Positions 52,423 through 64,000 of a DNA stretch of 64,000 bases are shown here, piece after piece. The notes below the pieces were generated by a model, which saw nothing but the letters and a program-made list of their open reading frames with translations, did not search any database and had not been told where the DNA came from. The stretch is from positions 11,842,001 to 11,906,000 of the forward strand of contig CM120649.1 of assembly GCA_051362555.1 (NCBI GenBank), read 5' to 3'. The translations under genes and the position numbers were made by a program. Positions within the stretch are counted from its first letter, which is position 1. Each line of letters starts with the position of its first letter. This stretch comes from Lingula anatina (Eukaryota > Animalia > Brachiopoda).

Positions 52423-53620
52423 ATGCGACTATCCACATACTGGTACAAAAATTCACTTGTTGACACCATGTTCTTTGCTTTTTTGAGCGTAGTGTTTTGT
52501 AAAGGTATGGTAAACGTAAAACGACATGTCGTATTATTTGCATTGTTTAACTTGGCATTTCATATTTATCTTGTGCGTCATAAAACTTTGTTATAAATTC
52601 ATAGAATATTTATATTTAATATTAGGTGCATCGTCCAAAACTGCCGAGAAATTCGATGCTTCAAACGTTTGCGAGGACTTCAAAGCATATTCACATCTCT
52701 TCCAATACGGGCGACGTGATGCTGGTGCAGTATGCAAGAAATCACCGGAAACCCAAACCGAGCTGACTTTTTATCAGATATATACAACACCTTTCATGAG
52801 CCCGCGCAACCATCGCTCTCTTGAAAGCATTCTTTTCCATTATCCTCGTGGCAAAGTACGCATATACAGTGCAGTGTTGCCAAAGCATCTGATTGACAAG
52901 TATATCCAAGGAGACTTTGACGTAAAGATAGTGAATTACTCAATGAATGACTTATTACATCGTCTGGTGCAGCTGGAACCGAAGACGTTTCGCGCAAGCG
53001 CGGAGTGTTTTTTAAAGCAAATCCATTCTCTTACACGCGGCCAATATTGGTATGTTCAAGAGACTGATCTTGTTCGTACAGTGTTGCTTTACTTATACGG
53101 TGGCATATACTTGGATACTGATATTATACTTTTTCGGAGTTTAGACTCACTGGAAAATGTGATAGCTTGGGAAAATAACGAAGAAACGCGTCTGAACGGT
53201 GCTGTTTTGAAATTCCAACCACGGAATCGTTTTATTGGTAAATGCATTGAAGAGTTTCTCCGTCACTATGATCCCGTCAATTACGCAGCAAATGGACCTG
53301 AACTTTTAACTCGCGTAGCAGAACGCTTTCCACATTTAATCTGCGGCCACAACGCCAAGAAAACAGCGACACGTGGGCTCTGTGCCGCCAACTGTTTAAG
53401 ACGTGAATCATTTTACCCTTTCACTTGGGAGGACTCGCCGAAATGCTTTGAGGTATTGGAACCGTTGGAGCTGCAAGGCCTACGCCAAACAATCGACGAA
53501 CTCTCTTTTGCTGTTCACCTTTACAACAGAACCACGCAGCGATTCGGCACTTCGCGAGAGGGAGCTCTCTGTCGTTATGTTTTGAACAAGTTTTGTGTAT
53601 TTTGCGACGAAATGGTCTAA
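52423..53620 (+). CDS. GT32 alpha-1,4-glycosyltransferase (A4GALT/A4GNT-like, DXD motif), paralog 1, 358 aa
   Basis: Exon 52423-52504 (MRLSTYWYKNSLVDTMFFAFLSVVFCK, signal anchor) joined in phase 1 to exon 52626-53620. Motifs TDLVRTVLLYLYGGIYLDTD, LNGAVLKF, NGPELLTRV, FYP, AVHLYN. Confidence 0.88.
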
Positions 53621-56048
53621 GAAATATAACGGTATCCAATCATTGAATTCTGCTATAAATACAAAATGGTTTTCCTGCAGATTTGCTGCTGCAGGCAGTT
53701 GGTGTATTTATTCTGTGCTCTTGCTAAGGGTTTACGCCCAGAATACAAACTTCTGATTGTGCATGTAGATTCGGTAATGGATGCTACTGTGTATAATTAC
53801 ATGGAAAAAAAATAATAATAATGTAAACACAGAGCATCCAGGTATGTGTTTGTCTTTTTGAAAGGAGAGAAAACAGCTTCCATTAGTTCTATCAAGAAGT
53901 CTACATCATCAGTCGACCTAAACTTATTCAGATGAGACTGACAAATGAATAGTATAGAATAATGTAGAATAAGCAAACAGCGTTGGATATATTTTCTTTT
54001 AGTGTTCGAAGAATTCACTGTCCACTAAAAAGTGACACTCAGTTTCTACTCTTCTTGTACTTTACAGCTCAATAGTATTTAGTTTTTATAAGAATCTCAT
54101 GTTCTAACTTCATTTTTACAGAATATTAATTTTGGAACTCGATCTCCGTCTGGATTCCTTCAGGTGATATTAAAAATTAGGCAAATTATCGGCAAATTAT
54201 AGGGAAAGCAAATGTTACAATGTATGTAAAAAGAAAGCATGTGTTGGCGCAGTGTGCCCGGGTTATTCAAGGGTTCATTTTATGCTACTGCTACCCAGTT
54301 TTCCTCCACTTTTGCGAATACAAACATGGTTCTGTATGCCATAGAAGACCCTTAGTAAAATGAAACGTTTTCAGCAAACCTGATATTTTGCTAAGGGGAG
54401 TCTTTTTTCCTCCTTTCTAAAAGGGGGTGGATTTGAATCGGCAACAATCCTGATCAATTGTACAACTATTTTTGAAATTAATTAATGAGCCAGGTGGACC
54501 AGTTAAACAGAAATATAACATTTTCATTTCAACACTTCATTCATCTTTAAATATTTCATAACTTTTCATATTCTTAATTTATAATTTCTTCTTTATATAA
54601 AATGCAAAGTGTACAACACGGCTTTGGGCCCATATATTTTAACTAGCTAACTAGTTTGTATTACAGTTATATGCAATTCATATTGAAATCATTTATGATG
54701 ACACTAAATCAATATAGTAATGAAAAATAAGTAAATGGAGGTTTTCCTTGGCACAAATGTTAACATTTGTTTGGTTTTATAAATAGTTTGGTTTTCTTGA
54801 CTTAACCCACTATAAAACTCATATATTCAAGACAACAAAACTGTCAAAGTATTACAGTTTCTAGTACCACTTCCGTTTTCTCAAACTTCACCGGTTTTCA
54901 GGGAGTGTATCAGTATGCCCTTCGTAGTATCAGATGCGGCACACATACCGGGCAAGAAACCTTGAAAACCGGTAGCGTGATCCAATCTACGGTGAATTCT
55001 GGATCCTTCCGTCTGGTAGTGGGGTAGGCCTGAAGGCAGTGAGTGCTCACAAAAGCACAAATGCAATTTCATGGTGTCAGAAAAATCTAACCCTGTTGCA
55101 GACGAGAAGAAAACATAGTAAGAAAAGATGTTCAATTTTTAAACCAGTAATCTAACAAACTGTGCTGATTCAGAATGTTCCAAACCCCTGCAGTGTCGTA
55201 TGGGGAAACGTCCCCATCAAAGGTATCCATGATATGTATAAGCAGATATTTTGAAAGTTTTGGGCGCCACTACTACTACACCTACATGTACATGTATCTC
55301 CTGAAGGTGTCAAGAATACGCAGAATAGCCCCATGAACCCTAGGGACTGGACGAAAGAAAGGAAGGACAGAATTGCAGGGGAAATTCATAACATGTGAGT
55401 ATTAGTAGATGGTTGCTACTTTTCACTTTGGTAAAGGATGAGTCCATCACCACCAAACAAAAATACCGGTACTTTCAAAGAAAATAACAAAACTATATCA
55501 TAGAAACGACCTATACATTTCATTAAAATGTTGAGTTCGGTCAGTATCAAATATAGTGATAAATATCAGCTGCTTGAGTTAATTGTTAAGGGGGGATATG
55601 GTGTTTTGCTTGGATGTCAGTTAAGATCAGGCGGTCTAAGATAAGTAAGATCTCTTCTGTTGCGTCACTATTCTGTCATGGCCATTGACCTAATTAATGG
55701 GAGACACGTTCAGACACAAAACTATGAATATGCGGGTTTTGACTTGTACAGAGGGTTGACAAAAGTATTGCACCATCGGTGTGAGAATTTATCTATGTGA
55801 CATGGGTTCTTTGTTCGTGTAACCAGTGACGGATTTTTATCCATGTTCACTATGAAGGGTGTCATCGAAGGTGTAACGACCTTCTGACTGTACATAACGT
55901 TTCTACCATGGTGAAGGTACGGCAGCTCACAGATGAAGGAAGAAATTATTTCTCAGAGAGAGGAGGGAGTACATGCCCCCACCCCCATGATAGCCACCAG
56001 ATATGGTGTGTCTGGTGATTCTAGAGTTTGCAAAAGGAAGGAGGAAAA

Positions 56049-56216
56049 TCAGGGGCGGATTGAGGCCGTCTTCTGGGTCTTCCAGAAGACTGTCAGATTT
56101 GTAAGTTTCCATTGACGGATGACTAATTTTTCTGTCGGAAGACGGTCAAAATTGGAGGATGGATCAACAAAGATAATTTGGAAGACTGTCAGAAAATATC
56201 TCTGGATCCGCCCCTG
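56049..56216 (+). mobile_element. MITE family B copy
   Basis: caggggcggat...atccgcccctg, flanked by aaaat; homologous to 15391-15556. Confidence 0.75.
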
Positions 56217-58185
56217 AAAATGGTGATGCCCATAACTCAACAAGAAGTGGCCGCCGGACCCCCTTCAAATAATCCTGGATCCGCCCCTGTAAACCATTAT
56301 CAGGCTATGTCCAGAAAGATGGGGTCCATATTGAGATTCCGTAAATATCCTACAGAATAATAGAATATTAATAGACCTACTGATACAATAATATGCGTTT
56401 TGTTAGAAAATCACTGGTCTACAAATAAGTAGTAAGGATACATACTTGACATAGCCAGTTTTCAATAAAATACTGATTGAAAAATCTAACAAATTCACCT
56501 TAAAGCAACACGCTGAATTACTTTTGTCACCCTCTGTGCATGGGAGACCTACGTGTACGCCATCGTCATTTTAGTTGTGGAGCCACATTGAGCGCTAGCT
56601 CTTCTCACAGACTGTAAGTATATCCTTCGGCTTATTTCCGTAGATTGTTAAACTATTTAGAATATCTCTAGTTGTAAGAAAACTATTATCTTTTTAAAGA
56701 CTGATGTAATATATTGAATTTTCAAATGATTATTTATGTTATATAATAAGATGTTACTAGTGTTATATATCATATTTTATCATATATGCATTTGATGTAG
56801 CTCTACGTTTGAAACGATGGTAGTATAATCTAGCTAAAAAGTGTGGACTATTTTGATAGAATACCAGTTCAAATGCAATGACTGCAGTTATGTCAAACAC
56901 AGAAAAGAAATTCATTCAACCAGCTAATCATTAAGATATAAAAGATGTCATGTGGTTGCATTTAGTTGACACGTCTAATATCAATGTCTTACACGAACAC
57001 TTTAATACATGTATCACCATTATGTTCTAAATAATGAATTTAAAACGACCGGGTAAATGTTTAGAACATTTAAGCAACTCTGATTCATTTACTTTTTTTC
57101 CAACCAGCTAATCCTTAAGATATAAAACTTGCGGAGGAGAATTAGGTAGGCCCTATAATTACAAACACACACTTCAGTCAGGCACAAACCCGTACACCCA
57201 CATTCAACCTTACACGATGAGTTTGTGAAAACTGTTAAAGTTAAATTTAAAAAATCATATATTTTTAGTTACTGAAGTACATACTTCCAAACGTTAAACA
57301 ATACTGTGCCTGCATTTAGTTGATACGGCTAATATCAGCCTAACGCGTACACTTTAATACATGTATCACCATAGTTTCGCGCGTTTACGTGTTCTTATTC
57401 AGTGGCGTGCAGGAGAAAATTTCGCTTGTGATGTATTTCTACTTGCAGCAACAATGTATCAGAAATTTCATTATGTTCTAAATAATGAACTTAAAACGGG
57501 TAAATGCTTAAAATATTAAAGCAACTCTGATTCACGACTGAGCAAGGGAAATGAAAAACTCTAGAATGAGAGAAAAAAGATTGTTTATACCATAAAAGCA
57601 TCGATTCATGTTGTTTTTACTAACCTTTTTTTCAATAGTTAACGGGCATTGCAGTGGCTGTCTGAAGCCAATGTGTCATCAGTCAACTTGTTCGTCTCAA
57701 TTAAATCCCACTAAATATCACTGTAAAAATCAACTGATATTCTGATGCCATTAATCTTGAATAAGCTGTACTTGGAGTAACCAGGTAGCATATTTTAAAT
57801 CATTGCAAGGTTCACAAAAAAAAAAAAAGAAAAAAGAAAAGTTAGATCTATTAATGTCTATAAAATAAAACTTTTACTGATATGTTATCACTATAATAAT
57901 AATAATAATAATAAAATATAATAATAATAATTATTATTATTATTATTATTATTCAAAGTTGGCATCTTTGTATACACTGTATAATAATGAGAAGCAGCGA
58001 ACAGTTTGGATTTTACCTCTTTTCAGGTTGCGTTTAAATGTTTTTTATTTCTTAGAAAATAGCTGATATATCAAGATTGTATTTTATGATCTTTTTAGTT
58101 TACTTTTCGGACTGGAGTGTGTCATACGGTCGTTCACATACTGCTGGTGTACAGTAAGTGCTTTGAGACGACGCCCTATAGAGCC

Positions 58186-59743
58186 ATGCCACGAACCACA
58201 TTTCAAAGTGCACTAGTTTCCGCCACGTTCTTTGCCTTTTTGGGCGCAGCGTTTTGTATGTTTGTATGCCGTATGTTAAATGTAAAGCGACATATTGCAG
58301 TTGTTTGCGCTTATTTGATATAACATTTTCATCTTGTGCGTCATAAGACAAGCATAAAATGTATCAAAATTTCCAGAGTGCAGAGACTTTGCAATTGAAA
58401 ATCACGGAAAAGAGTTATTTAAAAAGTTGTCGTTTTGTTTCGTTTCAAAGTATTGAGGAATGTTGTTAAGCAATTGGATTACATGTATCAAATCTTGCAC
58501 AATCGGATATAGCATTTTTTACAAAAAGAAACCCAGACATTGGACAGACCAATGCTGAAAACAATAGAAACAAAGCTGATACTTCAAATCTCACGCCTAT
58601 TTTCTCATGTATTGGATGCCGCGACACCTTTGTGAGGGCAGTGTACTACTATACTTGTAATCATTTTTTTTAATCTATACCTATTTTTCATTAGTTTTCA
58701 CTTATTTGTTATAATTTATAATTTTATAGAATCCATATTTATTCTCAGATGCGTCGTCAGAGACTGCTCAGATATTCGATGCTACACACGTTTGCGAGGA
58801 CTACAAATCATATTCACATCTTTTCCAATACGGTCAACGTAACGCTGGTCCCATATGCGAGAAATCACCGGAAGCCCAAACCGAGCTGACTTTTTATCAG
58901 ATATATACAACACCTTTCATGAGCCCGCGCAACCATCGCTCTCTTGAAAGCATTCTTTTCCATTACCCACGTGACAAAGTGCGTATATACAGTGCAGTAA
59001 TGCCAAAGGAACGGATTGGCAAGTATATCCAGAGAGGCTTTGATGTAAAGATAGTGAATTATTCACTGAATCACTTATTGAATCGTCTGGTGGAGCTGGA
59101 ACCGAAAACATTTCGCGCATACGCGAAGTCATTTTTAGAGCAAATCCATTCTCTTGCACACGGCCAATATTGGTATGTTCAAGAGACTGATATTGTTCGT
59201 ACAGTGTTGCTTTATTTATACGGTGGCGTATACTTGGATACTGATATTATACTTTTTCGGCGGTTAGACTCACTGAAAAATGTAATAGCTTGGGAAAATT
59301 ACGAAGAAACGCGTCTCAACAGTGCTGTTTTGAAATTCCAACCGCGGAATCGTTTTATTGGGAAGTGCATTGAAGAGTTTCTCCGTCACTTTGATCCAAT
59401 CAATTACGCAGCAAATGGACCGGAACTGTTTACTCGCGTAGCGGAACGATTTCCAAATTTGGTCTGTGGCCATAACGTCAAGAAAACAGCGACGCGTGGG
59501 CACTGTGCCGCCAACTGTTTAAGACGTGAATCATTTTACCCTTTTACTTGGGAGGACTCGCCGAAATGCTTTGAGGTACTAGAACCGTTGGAGCTGCAAA
59601 GCCTACGCCAAACAATCGACGAACACTCTTTTGCCGTTCACCTTTACAATAGAACCACACAGCGTTTTGGCGCTTCGCGAGAGGGAACTCTCTGTCGTTA
59701 TGTGCTGAACAGGTTTTGTGTATTTTGCGACGAAATGGTCTAA
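58186..59743 (+). CDS. GT32 alpha-1,4-glycosyltransferase, paralog 2, 359 aa
   Basis: Exon 58186-58270 (MPRTTFQSALVSATFFAFLGAAFCMFVC) joined in phase 1 to exon 58749-59743, which has the same 995-nt length as in paralog 1; GGVYLDTD, LNSAVLKF, NGPELFTRV. Confidence 0.88.
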
Positions 59744-60791
59744 GTAATATAACGGTATCCAATTCTTGAATTCTGTTAAAAATACCAAATGATTTTCCCA
59801 CACATTTGCTGCTACAGGCTATTGGTGTATTTATTCAGTGCTTGTGTTTAATGTTAACGCCCAGAATACAAACTTATTATTATGCATGTAAATTACAGTA
59901 AGGGCTACTACTGTATGCAATTACATGGCATAATAATAATATTATTAAAAATAATAAATGTTAACACAGAGAACATCCATGCATGTATGTGTTTATTTCT
60001 TAATTTGAAAGCAGAGTATGTATACCCATTAGTATTCAATGTATTCATTAGTTCTACCGGTACCACAAAGTCCATATTATCAGTAGACAAACTTATTGAA
60101 ATATATTAGCTGACAAAAATATAGAATAATGTAGAATAAGCAAACAGCGTTGTATATCTTTTCTATAGTGTTTGAAGAGTTCACTCTCCAGTCAAGAATG
60201 ATACTCGGTTTCTGCTCTATGCCCGCAGGCAACATGTAATCTATCTGCATACGGGATGTTTCATGTCTCCCTTTTTTTCATGAACAGCTTGATGTGATTC
60301 GCATGTATTGAAATTGAGAGAAAGCAGATACGTATGTTTCAGATATTCACTTTTTTTTCACGGTGAAAGGTTTTTTGAAAATACAATATGATTATTGTCT
60401 AGAGGTGTTTTGCCATCAGCACAATATTTTTTATAAGAACCTTTATAAGAACTTCAATTCACGTAAAATTTTGGAATTATTTCTCCGTTTGGGTTCTTTC
60501 TGATGATATTAAAATTTTGGTAAATTATCGGCAATTTGTAGGGAAAGGCAAATGTTATTTTCAAGAGAACGTGTTGGAGCAGTATGCCCTAGTCACCCAG
60601 GGATAGGTTTTATTCCATGAGGAATTCCATCACAGAGTTAATATCTCGTTCAGCTCTTGGACGAATAAATCGTAACTGCCACAAAACCAAATAAAAGACG
60701 TAACGTTATTCTGAACGTATTGTCCCAACCAGTTAGTTGGTGCATCTTTGGCTGAGGTCAGTCTACTCTGCGACAAGAGCCTGTAGTGTTA

Positions 60792-61015
60792 GACTCCGTT
60801 CACATGAAAAATCTATTTTCTAAAAATCTATTTTCTATTCGCGGTATCTTGTGATCACTCCGAGCGCAGCCGAGAATTAATTACTATTTTGGAAGTAACT
60901 GGCTCGCGCTGCCAGTAATTACGCCGCGGGGTATTCAGGGCACAGACCGTGATCACAAGATACCGCGAATAGAAAATAGATTTTTAGAAAATAGACTTGT
61001 CATGTGAACGGGGCC
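60792..61015. mobile_element. PIF/Harbinger (Tourist-like) MITE with ~65-bp TIRs and TTA TSD
   Basis: tta|gactccgttcacatgaaaaatctattttctaaaaatctattttctattcgcggtatcttgtgatcac ... gtgatcacaagataccgcgaatagaaaatagatttttagaaaatagacttgtcatgtgaacggggcc|tta. Confidence 0.85.
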
Positions 61016-63451
61016 TTAGTGTATCCAGTGTAGTCGGCTGGATCTCTCTTCTCCTCACAGCACGGCCTAGCTAGAGTCCTAGATGGGATTGAAATCAGGC
61101 GGATAAGAAGGCCCCCAAAATAGGGTACCATTAACGGAATGAAATATGCCCCAGTTTTTTCCCCGCTTTGCGAATACGGACAGCCCATGAAGTCTTTTTT
61201 CCTCCTTTGTAAAAGGGGAACCCGGATGGGTCTGAATCAGAAACAATCCTGATCAATTGTCCATTTTTAAATTAGTTGATGAGGCAGATGGACCAGTTAA
61301 AAGTTCCTTTATCGCAGTCAACTTCGACTTTTTACTCACGAGGGATATCCGAGTCTCAGTCTCTCCTCCTCACAACACGACCTAGCTATTTTTTAAAATC
61401 AATAATGATCCAGTTGGACCAGTTAAACAGAAAAAAAGCTTTTTCATTCAATTATTTTATTCATCTTTAAATATTTCATAAGTTTTGATATTCTTAATGC
61501 ACAGTTTCTGCTTTGAATAAAATGTAATTTATGTACAAATGGCTTTGGTCCCATATATTTTGTGGTTGCAAGGGACTGAAATTCATATTTAAATCATTAA
61601 TGGTGACACAAAATCAATATAGTGATGAAAAATAAGTAAATGAATGGTTTCCTTGGCACAAATCTTAATAAGAAAAAGTTTGGTTTTGTTGACTCAACCT
61701 ACTATCAAACTCATATATTCAATACAACTGTCCAAGTATGGCAGTTTCTTCTACCACTTTTGTTTCCTCAGTCGTCAATGATTTTAGGTATGCTACACTT
61801 AAGGGAAATGAATGTAATTATATGACAAAATCAAAATGGAAATATATCACACTAACCGTGAAATTTTGTCTTAAGTGATATACTTCTATCATCTAACAAG
61901 CTTATGCAAATATGTGTAGTTCTATATATTAAATTTTGTCATGAATGCTTTTACTAGAAGACAAATTGGCAAACAGCTTACCTTTGCCTAACTTATTTTT
62001 CATTGTGTACAGTGTACGGCTACAAATAAGCAGAGGGAGAAAGGCTTCTTTTCACCCAAAGAATACAAAATGCACTTAGCTGCAATAGTTGTAAATATTG
62101 GATTTGGAAGTCCTTTCTTTTACAATAAATCACATGTTCCTTCAAAACTCAATGACACAGAGGTAATTTGATTGCCATTTTCTTAAATATAAGTACCATA
62201 GAAGTGTTGAATCATCACAGCATATGAGTAAAATTCATTATCAGAAGACTTTTTTACATTCAGTTTTCTCATATTACAGTAATTTGCTGATGACTTGGTA
62301 ATATACTGGACATCTACAACTAATGAATTGGGTTTTAGCTGCCGTCTACCAGAACATAAATTTTCTGAATGGCTGATTCAATCTAATGTAAAAAAAAAAA
62401 AAAATCAGTAACAACATCATTTGCAGCTGCAGGGAGATTAAACACATGGTATATCGTGGTATATCTGATGTAGCCTCCTGATCTGAAACGAATCTTCTGG
62501 AACAGAGGTTTTCTTTGGTATTTTCTGAAACCTATATGAACATTCTTGTGGAAATTCATCTGTGTAGTCTTTTGATCATGTTATAAGATTAATCTTTTCA
62601 TGGCCCCTCATGGTATGGTATGGGGTGGGGTGGGGGGGGGGGTGGGTGGGCGGGGTGGGGGGGGTGGGGGTGGGGGGGTAAGGTGTCAACACCAATTGGC
62701 ATAATAAATTATACAAAACCCACATTGCCCAGTTTTCTGAAACTTTCTTCTATGCCTAAAGAAGCCCTTATTATAAATTCAGAATGATAAAATTGGGGGG
62801 TGTCAACCTACATGTATATCCATGCCCACAACCCAAGGCTGAACCGAGAGGGGATGAGACACCAATTGTCTCACATATAACATATAGAACAGCACTATTA
62901 CTGAGACATTAGTGAACAGTGCTCAGTCTTATAGTAACGCACACCTTGGAAGGTCACGGAATGACCAAAAGCTCTATAAGATACAGCTTTGATTGTAGGA
63001 TCTGAAAAGTTAAATTTTGTAACACTCTATGTACATTGTTTGAGTCAAATATTTGTGCAACACGAAGAAAATTTTCAGTCCCAATGTGACCATGTTAGGA
63101 GGCAGGCATCTATAGTGCAACAGTTTCCCTTTATCTCTGATCCATTCAAGAAAACCCACTTAGTCTACTTCTCAATTCACAACTTAAAAAAAAAAGGATT
63201 TCATGCATAATTTTCTTAGATACCAGTAAGTCCTGTGGAGAGATCAGATCATCAAAACTGTGATATGAATAATGTTTCAACTTTAGCACCACCCTTAGCA
63301 AAATTTCATGGCTGCCGCAAACAAGCAAGCAAGTTCTTGCCAAGTCATTGTTCAGGAGAATAATGTTTTTTTAACCCGTTTCTGAATCAAAAATATATAT
63401 TGATGCCACTTTAAATGCTACAGTAAGCATTGCATCTATCAGAAATCTGGT

Positions 63452-63565
63452 TTAGCTAGCGGTAAATAAAACAGTCCAAGTTAATTTATTTGGATTTTTC
63501 ATCTGCTTCTTCATTTGCCTTCTGTATTTTTCTCCTCTGGAAGCCAGATAAGTTGATATGTCCTC
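63452..63565 (-). CDS. Possible terminal exon of a gene beyond the right edge
   Basis: Pyrimidine-rich acceptor (ttttcaag) then EDISTYLASRGEKYRRQMKKQMKNPNKLTWTVLFTAS*; no recognisable motif. Confidence 0.25.
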   Translation of the reverse strand, partial: EDISTYLASRGEKYRRQMKKQMKNPNKLTWTVLFTAS

Positions 63566-64000
63566 CTTGAAAATATTGAAAAAGATATTTTAGCTTCATG
63601 CAATTTGTGAAAAATATACATTAATCCAATATTCAAATGTTTTAAAACTAACTTTAAAAAAATTATAGAGGCAACAAATAATATTACAAGATTATATATC
63701 TCAAAAATAGCAAAAAAAAAAAAAAAAAAAAAAATTGAAACAGACATGGCACTTCTAGAAGTCACATGCATGCATATCTTTTGGTGCAATAAATTATACA
63801 AAACCCGAATTTCCTAGTTTACTGAAACTTCATTCTATACCTTAAGAAACCTTTATTCTAAATTCAGAATGATAAAATTGGGGGGAAAAAAGATAAAATA
63901 CAAACCTTTAGCTGCATCCACTAGGTACAACAGTACTGATGCTATTAAGGCAACTAAAAGAGAAAAAAAAAGAAGTTGCTATAATGTTAAGTCACTTTCT

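Larger units (their letters stand above)
50470..61770 (+). repeat. Tandem segmental duplication carrying the GT32 gene (copy 1 ~50470-54883, copy 2 ~55398-61770)
   Basis: Colinear non-coding anchors: aaatatcagctgcttgagttaattgt (50607/55561), ct|gtaagtatatc (50859/56613), cttggagtaaccag|gtagcata (52268/57771), 3'UTRs and downstream blocks. Confidence 0.9.

Noticed and set aside
52526-52625. ORF-track N-terminus of GT32 paralog 1 (MSYYLHCL...)
   Set aside because: Intron read-through; paralog 2 has an acceptor at the same position and both have an upstream signal-anchor exon.
62700-63885. ~100-bp direct repeat at ~62700 and ~63788
   Set aside because: No TG..CA ends, PBS, PPT or TSD; treated as a local duplication.

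Overview
AT-rich, intron-rich animal genomic DNA; the gene and transposon content points to a lophotrochozoan, probably a mollusc (inference). Most entries in the ORF track are spurious or single exons. Hand-splicing with frame and phase checks gives: (1) the last exon of a single-pass membrane protein at the left edge; (2) a complete 4-exon, 153-aa mytimycin-like precursor (signal peptide, 12-Cys peptide, GRR site, EF-hand pair) that the ORF track misses; (3) a 14-exon, 512-aa coiled-coil + EF-hand protein ending in a CaaX box; (4) a 14-exon XPG/ERCC5 with two minor-spliceosome (U12) introns, one GT-AG and one AT-AC; (5) a divergently transcribed THAP + C2H2 zinc-finger gene; (6) two tandem GT32 alpha-1,4-glycosyltransferases that look more plant/algal than animal. 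Mobile DNA includes two Helentron-type (HINE-like) elements carrying 146-bp satellite arrays, a 323-bp miniature LTR element with a tRNA-like cloverleaf in each LTR, a 5.3-kb Academ-like long-TIR element containing an L1/Tx1 fragment and a Tc1 fossil, and several MITEs. All gene models were assembled by eye, without RNA or database support.
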